This document shows, in pieces, positions 39,705 through 48,912 of a stretch of DNA of 64,000 nt. The first letter of the stretch is position 1; each line of letters begins with the position of its first letter. A program made the position numbers and the translations under genes. The notes under the pieces were generated by a model. That model was not told the origin of the DNA. It saw only the letters and a list, made by a program, of their open reading frames with translations, and searched no databases. Source of the stretch: Thermoanaerobaculia bacterium (GTDB lineage: Bacteria; Acidobacteriota; Thermoanaerobaculia; Multivoradales; Multivoraceae); NCBI GenBank assembly GCA_963664405.1, contig OY761158.1:3840001-3904000 (forward strand), read 5' to 3'.

Positions 39705-39846
39705 CCTCCAGAAATGATTGCTATCATTTCCTCCGCTGGGCGCGCCCCGGCTAGTTGCCCTTTGGCGCCGAGGACGGCGCACTCAGGCGTTGCTTCCTAT
39801 TCGCTCCGGGAAACGGCGCTGGCCGAATACTCGGACACGCTCCTAG
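39701..39846. repeat. Repeat family 1, intact 146-bp unit A1 (empty IS1111 target)
   Basis: Aligns end to end with the reverse complement of 59108-59119 + 60596-60716, apart from scattered substitutions and a 14-nt indel. Confidence 0.92.
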
Positions 39847-40871
39847 CGGCGAGTGAAGAGCTCTTCGCAGCCTGTACCTTCGAGCACCCGGTCGGCACCG
39901 GCGCGATCCTCCGCCGAGAGCGCTCCGTAGGCCTGGCGAAGGGCGAGCAGACACTTGCCTTGATAGGGGAAGGGCTGCTGGACCCAGGGCTCGCCGTCGA
40001 TCGTGCACTCGACCCGCTCTGCGCCTTGTTCGAGGGTGTCGGCGTTGGCCAGGAGGAAGGGGACATAAGTCCGTCCGACCTCGACCAGAAGAGGGCCCAG
40101 TGTCTCGGCAACCTCGTTGCGCGAAAGCCAATCCCCAGCGCCGGGCTCCAGGCCGGAGAGGTCTTCCACCACGTCGACCCAGGCGATCACCCGCGGCGCC
40201 AACTCCAACGCCAAGGCGGCCGGTGTCGGGTCGAAGATCGCAAGTTGGGTGAGCTGGCCGTAAATGCCGAAGTCCGAGGCGCCAGGGCGCCCGCCCATGA
40301 GGAAGCGGTGGCCGGTGAGGTGGCGGTCGAGAAGGCCCAGGCAGCGAGCGTAGCTCGCCTCGATCACCGGCGAGGTGGTCGGGTTCGAGCCCGCAACCCA
40401 GAGCCTACCGACCTGGCGGTCGCGAGCCCATCGCGCGACCTCGGCGATCTCTTCTTCGGTCGCATCGATCCGCGCCCATCGCGGAAGGATGGCGACCGTC
40501 TTTTTGATGTCCGCTTCGTGAGTCCAGCGGTAGTGGAAGGTTGCCTTGTTGAGCCACTCGTCGGCGTAGTCCTCGAGGATGGCGTCGACCAGCGCGATCA
40601 CCGGATCCGGGGGGATCACACCGCGCCCCTCGCGCTCGGTCTCGAAGCGGCGGATCAACGGCGTCGAGTCGACGACGGCCTGAAGGCACCCCGCGGTGTC
40701 TGGCAGATAGAAAGTGGGCAGGAGTGCGACCTTCGGTTGTGGCAGGTCGTGGTCCTCCGGCGAGCCTTGCACGACCATCCGATAGGGGATCAGCCGGTAA
40801 CGCAGGAACGCCCGCATTTTGCGGGTGTAGGGCGATCCTGGGACACCGAGAAAGCTAATGGCCTCCGTCAC
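39843..40871 (-). CDS. Glutathione S-transferase family protein
   Basis: GSPYTRKMRAFLRY, LLP, DSTPLI, EDYADEW and FLMGGRPGASDF motifs. Start reassigned to GTG 40871. Confidence 0.85.
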   Translation of the reverse strand: MTEAISFLGVPGSPYTRKMRAFLRYRLIPYRMVVQGSPEDHDLPQPKVALLPTFYLPDTAGCLQAVVDSTPLIRRFETEREGRGVIPPDPVIALVDAILEDYADEWLNKATFHYRWTHEADIKKTVAILPRWARIDATEEEIAEVARWARDRQVGRLWVAGSNPTTSPVIEASYARCLGLLDRHLTGHRFLMGGRPGASDFGIYGQLTQLAIFDPTPAALALELAPRVIAWVDVVEDLSGLEPGAGDWLSRNEVAETLGPLLVEVGRTYVPFLLANADTLEQGAERVECTIDGEPWVQQPFPYQGKCLLALRQAYGALSAEDRAGADRVLEGTGCEELFTRR

Positions 40872-40878
40872 TTCGGGC

Positions 40879-41646
40879 TCACGCGACCAGGGCTCCGCCG
40901 TCGACGACCAGGGTTGTGCCGGTGCAGTAGGACGACGCGCTGGACGCCAGATAAACCGCGGCCCCGGCGATATCTTCGGGCTGGCCCCAGCGCCCAACAG
41001 GCATGTACTCCCGCCAATGCTGTCTCTTCTCCTCGGTGTCGAGGACCGCCTGCGAGAAGCGGGTCTCGACAACCCCGGGGGCGATCGCGTTGACCCGGAT
41101 TCCCTTGGGCCCGAGCTCACGGGCGAAGTTCTTGGTTACACTGATCACACCGGCCTTGGTCATGGCGTAGGTCGTCTCCAGTGCTTGCGGCCGCAGACCC
41201 CCGATCGAGGTGATATTGATGATCGAGCCGCCGCCGGACTTCTCGATCAGCGGCGCCGCCTGCTGGATCATGAGCATGTAACCGCGTAGGTTGACTTCGA
41301 TGGTCTTGTCGAAGGCCCGCATCGGAGTTCCCATGGCCTCGCCGAAGTAGGGGTTTGTGGCGGCGTTGTTGACGTGAATGTCGAGGCGACCCAGCTCAAC
41401 CTGGACCCGCTCGAAAAGAGCCCGGATCTGATCTTCCTTGCCACCGTGGCAGGCGATTGCGAGGGCGCGTCCGCCGCTCGACTCGATCGAACGGGCCACC
41501 GCATCGAGGGCGTCCTGGTTGCGGGAGGAGAGGACCACGGTCGCGCCGCGCTCGGCGAACGCGCGGGCAATCGCCTCGCCGATACCTCGACTCGCTCCGT
41601 TGATGGTCGCCACCAGGCCCTCGAGGCCGAAGTCGATTACTGGCAT
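40879..41646 (-). CDS. SDR family oxidoreductase
   Basis: GASRGIG, VNNAA, YAMTK (YxxxK), IRVNAIAPG and VDGG motifs; GGAGG Shine-Dalgarno. Confidence 0.95.
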   Translation of the reverse strand: MPVIDFGLEGLVATINGASRGIGEAIARAFAERGATVVLSSRNQDALDAVARSIESSGGRALAIACHGGKEDQIRALFERVQVELGRLDIHVNNAATNPYFGEAMGTPMRAFDKTIEVNLRGYMLMIQQAAPLIEKSGGGSIINITSIGGLRPQALETTYAMTKAGVISVTKNFARELGPKGIRVNAIAPGVVETRFSQAVLDTEEKRQHWREYMPVGRWGQPEDIAGAAVYLASSASSYCTGTTLVVDGGALVA

Positions 41647-41679
41647 TTGCCTCCCTCTTTTTCTGAGCCTGTAGGATAG

Positions 41680-41695
41680 TAGACCGGTCCGTCTA
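41680..41695. promoter_or_regulatory. Palindromic operator-like site in a divergent promoter
   Basis: TAGAC-CGGTCC-GTCTA, next to a minus-strand TATCCT (-10-like, 41673-41678) and the palindrome CTAATATTAG (41693-41702). Confidence 0.45.
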
Positions 41696-41737
41696 ATATT
41701 AGCGTAGACCTGGAACGACTCAGGAGGGTCGCCTACG

Positions 41738-44548
41738 ATGAGATCTCCATCTGGGTGGAGGGGGCGAGCTGTCGTGTTGGCGGCCGCCGTGGTCTTCGGT
41801 TCCGCTTTGCTAGGCCCGGTGTGGAATCAGGAGACGGAGCCACCGCTACTGTCGAGCGAGCATGCGCCCGGCCCCAAAGAGTGGGTGGCACCTCGGACGG
41901 GGGAGCGTGAGGGGCTGGAGCCCGCGGCATTGCTCGAGGCTCGAAGGAATCCTGGGTCTGCCGCGGGCGTCAACTCGCCGGGGCGGGTGAGGACCGACGC
42001 GCCGGCCTGGTTCGAGCTCAATCACATCGATCCGAATATGCCGGAGTGGGCGGCCTATACGCTGGTGCCGCGGGACCCCGGGCCGATCCCGGCGCCGGAT
42101 TCTCGTTTCCACGACGTGGTGCGGATGGGCGAGGACTTCCGCGCCGACGACTACCCGGCCATCGTTACCAACCCAGACAATAGCGACGACGTGTGGATGA
42201 TCTGGGTGAGCTACTCGGGCCGACGCGACGAGCTTCGGCTGGCACGTCGTGACCCTGAGTTCGGTGTCTGGGGCCCGTGGAATCCCGTCCCCGGCGTGAC
42301 CGGCGACGTGTGGCGGCCGTCGCTCGCCTTCGATGCGAAGGGCAGATTGTGGATCATCTGGGCCCAGCAGCGACTCTTCGATGCCGCCTTCGATCTCTAC
42401 GCCCGCTGGTTCGACGGCGAGCGCTGGGGCCGAGTGGAGCGATTGACCACGGCTCCCGAAGGAGACTTCAATCACCAGGTGGCACGGGGCGACGACGGCA
42501 GGCTCCATCTGGTTTGGCAGGGATTTCGTGAGGGCCAATCGGACATCTTCTACCTCAGCTACGACGGCGAGTCATGGTCGCGCGAGCTGCGCCTCTCCGA
42601 CTCTGATGCCAACGACTGGGCACCCGCGGTCGCCACCAACTCGAAAGGCGAGGCCTTCGTTGTCTGGGACAGCTACGACCGGGGCGATTACGACGTCATC
42701 GGCAAGATCGTGCGCGACGGTGTGCCGGGGGGCCTGGTGACGGTGGCGGCCACCGACTTTTTCGAGGCACGAGCGACGGTCGCGGTCGATCGAGCCGATC
42801 GAGTGTGGATCGCCTACGAGGTCGGTGACAAAGGCTGGGGCAAGGACACCGGTCTCCTGATCGACCCGCAGCGCCAACCCGGGTCGATGCTCAACGACGA
42901 GCGCACGGTCCAGGTTCGGGTGTTCAGCCAGCCGGATCACTCGTGGAGCGCGGCCGTGCCCGAGCTCGGCACCCTCTTCCCGGAGCGGAGCACTCTTCCC
43001 TATACCGACACCAAGAACCCCTCGCTCCACGCGCCACATCTCGCAGTCGACGGTGACGGGCGGGTGAGCCTCGTCCTCCGAGCGCTCGAGAGCCCCGGTG
43101 GGCGGGTGCAGTACTGGCAGCCTTACATCACGACCATGACCGACCGGGGCTGGAATGATCCGGTTCGTCTGCCGTTTGGGCGCGGAAGGATGTCGATGAG
43201 CGTCGACGCCGTCCCTTCGACGGACGGAGGGCTCTGGCTGGTCTGGTCGCAGGACAACTGGCCCACTTTCGCGACCATGATCACCTTCCCCGAGGAGACG
43301 GTAGTGGAGAACGTCTATGCTGGACGCTTCGAGCCCGCCACCCGACCCGGCTTTCTCACCGGAGAACCGGTTCCACCGCCCTTTCCCGACCGTTCTCCCG
43401 GCCATCAGGATGAGGCCGGCGACGTGGCGCGCCTGCGTGGCTGGCGGACCCGAGTCGACGGCGAGGAGCTCCAGATCCTGCGCGGCGACACCCATCGCCA
43501 CACCGAGCTCTCATTGGATTCGCGCGGCACCCCGGACGGATCTGTCTTCGATTTCTACCGCTACATGCTCGACGCTGCCGCTATGGACTTCGGTCTCATC
43601 AGCGATCATCAGTACGGAGCCGAGCGCGAGTACTGGTGGTGGCTAGAGGAGAAGCTCGCCGACATGTTCCACTCTCCCGAGCGCTACATCGCGATGTTCG
43701 GTTACGAGCGCTCGATCAACTATCCGATGGGGCATCGCAACATCATCCACTCCAAGCGTGGCTGGGGCCCCGTCCCCTTCTACGGCAAGACCAGTTACTC
43801 CGGCACCGAGTACCCGAACATCCGCTACCACAACGGCATCGGGACGGTGCAGGACGACGACACCCGGATGCTCTACGAAGAGGTGCGTGCGAGCGGCGGC
43901 ATCACCATTCCGCACACCTCGGCCACCACCATGGGCACCGACTGGCGCGACAACGACCCCGAGATCGAGCCGCTGGTCGAGATCTTCCAGGGCGACCGTC
44001 ACAGCTACGAGAAGCCGGGAGCGCCACTGTCGGATCTCGCCGAGACCCCCCAGCAGGCGCTGACCGCTCCCGCTGCAGCCGGCTTTGTCTCCAACGCCTT
44101 GGCGAAGGGCTACAAGCTCGGCTTCATCGCCAGCTCCGATCACCTCTCGACCCATCTCTCCTACGCCATGGTTTGGGCGCCGGAACGCTCCCGCGAGGCG
44201 GTGCTCGACGCGATGCGAGCGCGGCGGACTTACGCCGCGACCGACAACATCGTGCTGGAGTTCTGGGTCGGCAAGCACTTCATGGGCGATGAGTTTGTGG
44301 CCGGCGCTGAGGGAGTGCCCGAGATTCGAGTCAAGGCCGTCGGTACAGGTCCCTTCCTGCAGGCGGACATCCTCCGCAACAGCGATACGATCCACTCCAG
44401 CTCTCCCGGTGAAGCGAGCGTCGAGATCCGCTATCGCGACCTCGAGCCAGGGCCGGGTACCAACTATTACTACGCACGGGTGATTCAGGAAGACGGACAG
44501 ACGGCCTGGAGCTCACCGATCTGGGTCGAGGTGGCACCGGCCCGCTGA
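41738..44548 (+). CDS. Large secreted protein: beta-propeller repeats + PHP-like (DUF3604-type) metallohydrolase domain
   Basis: N-terminal signal/TM; repeated P.(L/V)..D..G..W..W blades; GDTHRHT, ISDH, GHRN, IPHT, SSDH and AWSSPIWV motifs. Confidence 0.75.
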   Translation: MRSPSGWRGRAVVLAAAVVFGSALLGPVWNQETEPPLLSSEHAPGPKEWVAPRTGEREGLEPAALLEARRNPGSAAGVNSPGRVRTDAPAWFELNHIDPNMPEWAAYTLVPRDPGPIPAPDSRFHDVVRMGEDFRADDYPAIVTNPDNSDDVWMIWVSYSGRRDELRLARRDPEFGVWGPWNPVPGVTGDVWRPSLAFDAKGRLWIIWAQQRLFDAAFDLYARWFDGERWGRVERLTTAPEGDFNHQVARGDDGRLHLVWQGFREGQSDIFYLSYDGESWSRELRLSDSDANDWAPAVATNSKGEAFVVWDSYDRGDYDVIGKIVRDGVPGGLVTVAATDFFEARATVAVDRADRVWIAYEVGDKGWGKDTGLLIDPQRQPGSMLNDERTVQVRVFSQPDHSWSAAVPELGTLFPERSTLPYTDTKNPSLHAPHLAVDGDGRVSLVLRALESPGGRVQYWQPYITTMTDRGWNDPVRLPFGRGRMSMSVDAVPSTDGGLWLVWSQDNWPTFATMITFPEETVVENVYAGRFEPATRPGFLTGEPVPPPFPDRSPGHQDEAGDVARLRGWRTRVDGEELQILRGDTHRHTELSLDSRGTPDGSVFDFYRYMLDAAAMDFGLISDHQYGAEREYWWWLEEKLADMFHSPERYIAMFGYERSINYPMGHRNIIHSKRGWGPVPFYGKTSYSGTEYPNIRYHNGIGTVQDDDTRMLYEEVRASGGITIPHTSATTMGTDWRDNDPEIEPLVEIFQGDRHSYEKPGAPLSDLAETPQQALTAPAAAGFVSNALAKGYKLGFIASSDHLSTHLSYAMVWAPERSREAVLDAMRARRTYAATDNIVLEFWVGKHFMGDEFVAGAEGVPEIRVKAVGTGPFLQADILRNSDTIHSSSPGEASVEIRYRDLEPGPGTNYYYARVIQEDGQTAWSSPIWVEVAPAR

Positions 44549-44629
44549 GCGTGGCTCTGCCACTTTCGTCAGTAGAATGCTTGGACAGTCTGTTTGGAGA
44601 ACCCGATCCCGCTCGAGAAAGGAGCGAAC

Positions 44630-45355
44630 ATGAGATCACTCGGATTCGGTCTGGTCGTCGCCTTGATCCTCGCCAACACAGTGGCCCTCTCAGCGCAGAC
44701 GGATGTGGACATCGTCGGTGCCGACGGCGTCAAGCTCAGGGCTACCTATTCCTCGCCAGGTAAGGCCGGCCCCGGTATGTTGCTGATCCATCAATGCAAC
44801 ATGGACCGCAGCTCTTGGAGCGCGCTCACCAAGAAGTTGGTGGGAGCGGGTGTGCACGTGCTCGCAATGGACCTTCGCGGTTTCGGTGAAAGCCCAGGCG
44901 AAAAGCTGGGTTCGGGTGGGACTTTCCAGAACTTGATGAAGGTGTCTCCCGGCGACGTCGACGCGGCTCTGGCTTTTCTGCTCGACCAGAAAGGCGTCGA
45001 CAGCGCCAGTATTGGCGCAGGTGGCGCCAGCTGTGGAGCGATGCTCACTGCCGATTTGGCGAGCCGCAACGAGTCCGTGAAGACGCTGATGCTGCTCTCG
45101 GGTCCGCCCAGCGCCGCCGCCGTCGCGCACATGGCGGCGAGCTCCGAGCTGGCTGTCTTCGCGGCCGCTACCAGCGGTGACACAGTCACTCCGGGTGTCG
45201 GGGAAAAACTCAGCGCCGCGGTCGAGGGCTCGAAGAACGAGAGCTCGACGGCAATGATCTTCGAAGGCAGCGAGCACGGGCTGCCGATGTTCGCCAAGAA
45301 CCCAGCGCTCGGCCCTGAGCTTTTCGCCTGGCTCACCGGCCGGCTGCAGCAGTAG
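44630..45355 (+). CDS. Secreted alpha/beta hydrolase
   Basis: Signal peptide, DLRGFGES, GASCG nucleophile elbow and terminal EHG; TAGAAT at 44573-44578 and an AGGAG Shine-Dalgarno. Confidence 0.85.
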   Translation: MRSLGFGLVVALILANTVALSAQTDVDIVGADGVKLRATYSSPGKAGPGMLLIHQCNMDRSSWSALTKKLVGAGVHVLAMDLRGFGESPGEKLGSGGTFQNLMKVSPGDVDAALAFLLDQKGVDSASIGAGGASCGAMLTADLASRNESVKTLMLLSGPPSAAAVAHMAASSELAVFAAATSGDTVTPGVGEKLSAAVEGSKNESSTAMIFEGSEHGLPMFAKNPALGPELFAWLTGRLQQ

Positions 45356-47115
45356 TGACTATCGGGGAGCTGCTCGAGCGAAGGGCGCTCGATCCGGAGT
45401 TCTCAGAGCGTCCGTTTCTGCTCTTCGAGGACGAGGTCTATACCTGGCAGGAGACCTGGGATAGGTCGGTTCTCTATGCCAACGCCATCCGGCGTTGGTG
45501 CGCGCGTCCCGACATGCCTCCACACGTCGGAGTTCTCACCGACAATCGTCCGGAGTTCGTGTTCGCCCTTCTAGGCTGTGCCCTGGCGGGAGCCGTGCTT
45601 GTCGCGCTCAACACGGTCTACCGCGGACAGACTCTGGCGCGCGCCATCACTCACTGCGATTGCCAGGTGCTGCTGATCGAGGAGGGCTTGGCCGACGAGA
45701 TCGAGAGCGTCCGCGACGACCTGGGGATGCTCGGCGATCGCATCTTCACCTTTTCGGCCTTGAGGGACGAGGGCGCCGTAGCCCAGCTACCGCCTGGCAT
45801 GGGGCGCTTGGACCGGCACCTGGAGGAGCTGCGCGAGCACGGTGGGGAGGCCGTGACTCGCAAGCCGGAGATCGAGGTCAGCCCGGACGATCCCTGGGCG
45901 ATCATCTTCACCTCGGGCTCCACCGGCGCTCCCAAGGCCATCGTCAACAGCCATCGCAAGGTGATGTCGGCGAGCTCGGAGCCGGTCGGCCCGGTGGCGT
46001 TGAGCGATCAAGATGTCTTCTATGCGGCGATGCCGCTCTTCCACTCCAACTCGCTAGGGCTGGGACTCATGCCCGCGCTCGTGCTTGGCGGCAAGCTTGC
46101 CATCGCGAGACGCTTCAGTGCCCGCGGCTTCCTACCGGACCTGCGACGCTACGGAGCTACCTGCTTCAACTACGTGGGCAAACCCTTCGCCTACATCCTG
46201 GCCACCGAAGAAGGTCCCAACGACGCTGAGAACCCACTGCGGGTGGCGGTGGGAGCGGGGGCGAGCGCGCGCCAGCAAGATGAGTTCAAGCGCCGCTTCG
46301 GCGTCGATGAGGTGGTGGAGACCTTCGGCTCGACCGAGTCGGGCGCCAGCACCGTTCGTCTTCAGGACGATCCGCGCGGGAGTGTCGGCGCCATGCCGCC
46401 CCATGTACGGATCCTGAACCCGAGTGACGAAGAGTGCGCACCTGCGGAGGTGGACGCGAGTGGCGCACTCCTCAACTACGAGGAGGCGGTAGGGGAGATC
46501 GTCAACATCGACGGCCCCGGCCTCTTCGAGAGCTACTACAAGAACCTAGAGGCCAGCGCTGCCAAGACCCGCGGTGGTAAGTTTCGCAGCGGAGACCTCG
46601 GCTACTGCCGCGTGCACGATCGCGATGGAGAGCCGACCCGCTTTCTCTATTACGTCGGGCGCACCGACGACTGGATCCGCAAGGATGGCGAGAACTTCGT
46701 CGCCGAGCCGATCGAGGAGATCCTGATGCGCCACCCGGACATCGAGGTCTGCTCGGTCTACGGAGTTCCCTGCGCTCAGGGCGACGACCATGTGATGGCC
46801 GCGCTCGTTCTACGGGGTGGAGCCCACCTCGATCCTGCCGCGTTCTACCGGTTCCTGGAGAGCCAGCCCGACTTCTCGCCGAAGTGGATGCCCGACTACC
46901 TCCGCCTGGCGACCTCGCTGCCCCAGACTCAGACCCTGAAGATCGTCCGCGGCGCTCTTCAGCGCGAGGGCTTCGATCTCGCTCGAGTTGAGGACTCGCT
47001 CTACTGGCGGGAGCGTGGCGAGGTCGCCTGGAAGCCCTTCACTGCGACCGATTTCAACAGGGTGCGAGACGACTTCGGGCGAGCGGGGCGAGCGGAGGTC
47101 TTGTCACGATCCTGA
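45355..47115 (+). CDS. AMP-binding acyl-CoA synthetase (FadD17/FACL-like)
   Basis: IIFTSGSTGAPK, MPLFHSN, NYVGKP, FGSTE, SGDLG and GRTDDWIRKDGEN motifs. Confidence 0.92.
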   Translation: MTIGELLERRALDPEFSERPFLLFEDEVYTWQETWDRSVLYANAIRRWCARPDMPPHVGVLTDNRPEFVFALLGCALAGAVLVALNTVYRGQTLARAITHCDCQVLLIEEGLADEIESVRDDLGMLGDRIFTFSALRDEGAVAQLPPGMGRLDRHLEELREHGGEAVTRKPEIEVSPDDPWAIIFTSGSTGAPKAIVNSHRKVMSASSEPVGPVALSDQDVFYAAMPLFHSNSLGLGLMPALVLGGKLAIARRFSARGFLPDLRRYGATCFNYVGKPFAYILATEEGPNDAENPLRVAVGAGASARQQDEFKRRFGVDEVVETFGSTESGASTVRLQDDPRGSVGAMPPHVRILNPSDEECAPAEVDASGALLNYEEAVGEIVNIDGPGLFESYYKNLEASAAKTRGGKFRSGDLGYCRVHDRDGEPTRFLYYVGRTDDWIRKDGENFVAEPIEEILMRHPDIEVCSVYGVPCAQGDDHVMAALVLRGGAHLDPAAFYRFLESQPDFSPKWMPDYLRLATSLPQTQTLKIVRGALQREGFDLARVEDSLYWRERGEVAWKPFTATDFNRVRDDFGRAGRAEVLSRS

Positions 47116-47159
47116 AGCGGACAAAGACGGCGGGTAACGCCTCGTCCCTTGCGCTTTCC

Positions 47160-48764
47160 TTGGCCATCTCTTTGATGGCGGGTGACCGGCAGCCGGTTCA
47201 CGCTCAGATCCTGACCAGCTTTCTCGACGCTGCGACCTCGCCGGTTCGCTACAGCGAAGCAAAGGCGAAGCCCGAGATCGAGTGCCGCCGGCTCCTTTCG
47301 CTTACCAGCTTCGACTTTGCCGTCATCTCGGCCCGCGAGATGACTGGGCACGACACCGTCGGTGCCCATTGCCGCGTTGTCGGCCACATCGCGCCCCAGA
47401 TCCGATTCCAGGTGAATTTGCCGACGGCCTGGAACGAGCGCCTTTACATGATCGGCAACGGCGGTTTTGCTGGTGCTCATCCGGATAGCTCTGCCTTCTT
47501 GCGCTGGCAAGAGCGCGGGGTCGCCAACGGCTTCATCTCGGTGTACATGGATACCGGTCACGACGCCTCGGTCGAGCCTGGCAGTAGCTTCGCCGACGGC
47601 AACCTTTCAAAGGAGGTCGACTTCGGCTTCCGCTCCCTCAAGGTCACGGCCGATGTTGCCAAGTTGATTGCGGAGCGCTACTACGGGCGGCCTCCGCGGC
47701 GCTCCTACTTCGACGGCTGCTCGACAGGCGGTCGCCAGGCCTTCGTCATCGCCCAGCGTTTCCCCGATGCCTTCGACGGTATCGTCGCGGGGGCGCCACC
47801 CTTCGACGCCACCGGCTTCTTTCTGTTGAGTCACCACGCAGTCAGCGCGCTCGAGAAGATCGAGATGACGCGGGAGCGACTTGCTGTCCTCGGCGAAGCC
47901 GTCTATCGCGAGTGCGATGGGGTCGACGGGCTCACAGACGGCGTTATCGAGGATCCCCGGCGTTGCCCCTTCGACCCGGTTGAAGACCTGCCGGCGTGCG
48001 AGCGGGACGCTCCCGGCAAGAGTTGCTTTACGCGCTCCCAGCGCGAGGCGCTAGCCGACCTCTACGGCCCGCTGCGCGCTGGAGGTAGCGAGCTTCACCC
48101 AGGAGTTCCGTTCGGCGCCGAGCCCCTCGGTCAGCCGCCGGCAGGCAGTTCGCCGACCGGCCTGGTGTCGGGCTGGGAGCCGCGCCTGTGGGCTCCTACA
48201 CCGGCGACTGGGGCAGACACGCGCACTTTGCTCGAGCAGCGGGTCGATGACTGGATCACATTCCTCGCGTTCGAGGACGACGATGCCGAGCGCACCTGGC
48301 GAGATTTCGATCTCGACCGTGATCTTGATCGAGTCGGCCTCTCCACCGCTATCCTGAGCGCACTCGACACCGACCTCGCTCCACTTGCAGAGGCTGGCGG
48401 CAGGCTGATCGTTTATCACGGGTGGGCCGACGCTGGACCCAGTCCACAGCGTACGGCGGAGTACTTCGAAGCGCTGCAGGAGGAGATGGGGATGACGGCG
48501 GCTCACGGTACCGCTCGCTTGTTCATGGTGCCAGGCATGTTTCACTGCTCCGGCGGAGTGAACGTGGACCGCATCGACGCGATGACGGCTTTGATCAACT
48601 GGGTGGAGGAAGGAGTGGCTCCCTCCGAGCTCCTCGCGCGGCGTGAGGAGGGCGGCAAAGTGGTCCGTGCAAGACCGATCTGTGCCTATCCTCAGGTGGC
48701 CCGTTACACGGGAGAGGGGAGCACCGAGGAGGCCGCTAACTTTCGTTGTGTGAGTCGCGAATGA
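47160..48764 (+). CDS. Tannase/feruloyl esterase family hydrolase
   Basis: GNGGFAG, DTGH, GCSTGGRQ, YHGWAD, PGMFHCSGG and RPICAYP motifs. Start uncertain. Confidence 0.93.
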   Translation: MAISLMAGDRQPVHAQILTSFLDAATSPVRYSEAKAKPEIECRRLLSLTSFDFAVISAREMTGHDTVGAHCRVVGHIAPQIRFQVNLPTAWNERLYMIGNGGFAGAHPDSSAFLRWQERGVANGFISVYMDTGHDASVEPGSSFADGNLSKEVDFGFRSLKVTADVAKLIAERYYGRPPRRSYFDGCSTGGRQAFVIAQRFPDAFDGIVAGAPPFDATGFFLLSHHAVSALEKIEMTRERLAVLGEAVYRECDGVDGLTDGVIEDPRRCPFDPVEDLPACERDAPGKSCFTRSQREALADLYGPLRAGGSELHPGVPFGAEPLGQPPAGSSPTGLVSGWEPRLWAPTPATGADTRTLLEQRVDDWITFLAFEDDDAERTWRDFDLDRDLDRVGLSTAILSALDTDLAPLAEAGGRLIVYHGWADAGPSPQRTAEYFEALQEEMGMTAAHGTARLFMVPGMFHCSGGVNVDRIDAMTALINWVEEGVAPSELLARREEGGKVVRARPICAYPQVARYTGEGSTEEAANFRCVSRE

Positions 48765-48778
48765 AGAAGGATCGCAGA

Positions 48779-48912
48779 CTAGACCAGCGTTTCCAAAGTA
48801 ACGATCCAGGTGCAGCGACGGTCAAATCTCCGATGTCGCCTCTCCGAACAGGGCCACCAGCCGTCATCTCGGCCCCTACCGTTGTAGCGAGACTTAGGAA
48901 ACGCTGGTCTAG
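48779..48912. mobile_element. MITE-like element, family 2, copy 2 (134 bp)
   Basis: CTAGACCAGCGTTTCCAAAGT ... ACTTAGGAAACGCTGGTCTAG, a 21-bp TIR with one mismatch. The interior does not resemble copy 1. Confidence 0.88.

Noticed and set aside
39714-41093. 459-aa plus-strand ORF
   Set aside because: It starts inside the repeat and is the antisense shadow of the GST and SDR genes, with no recognisable motifs.
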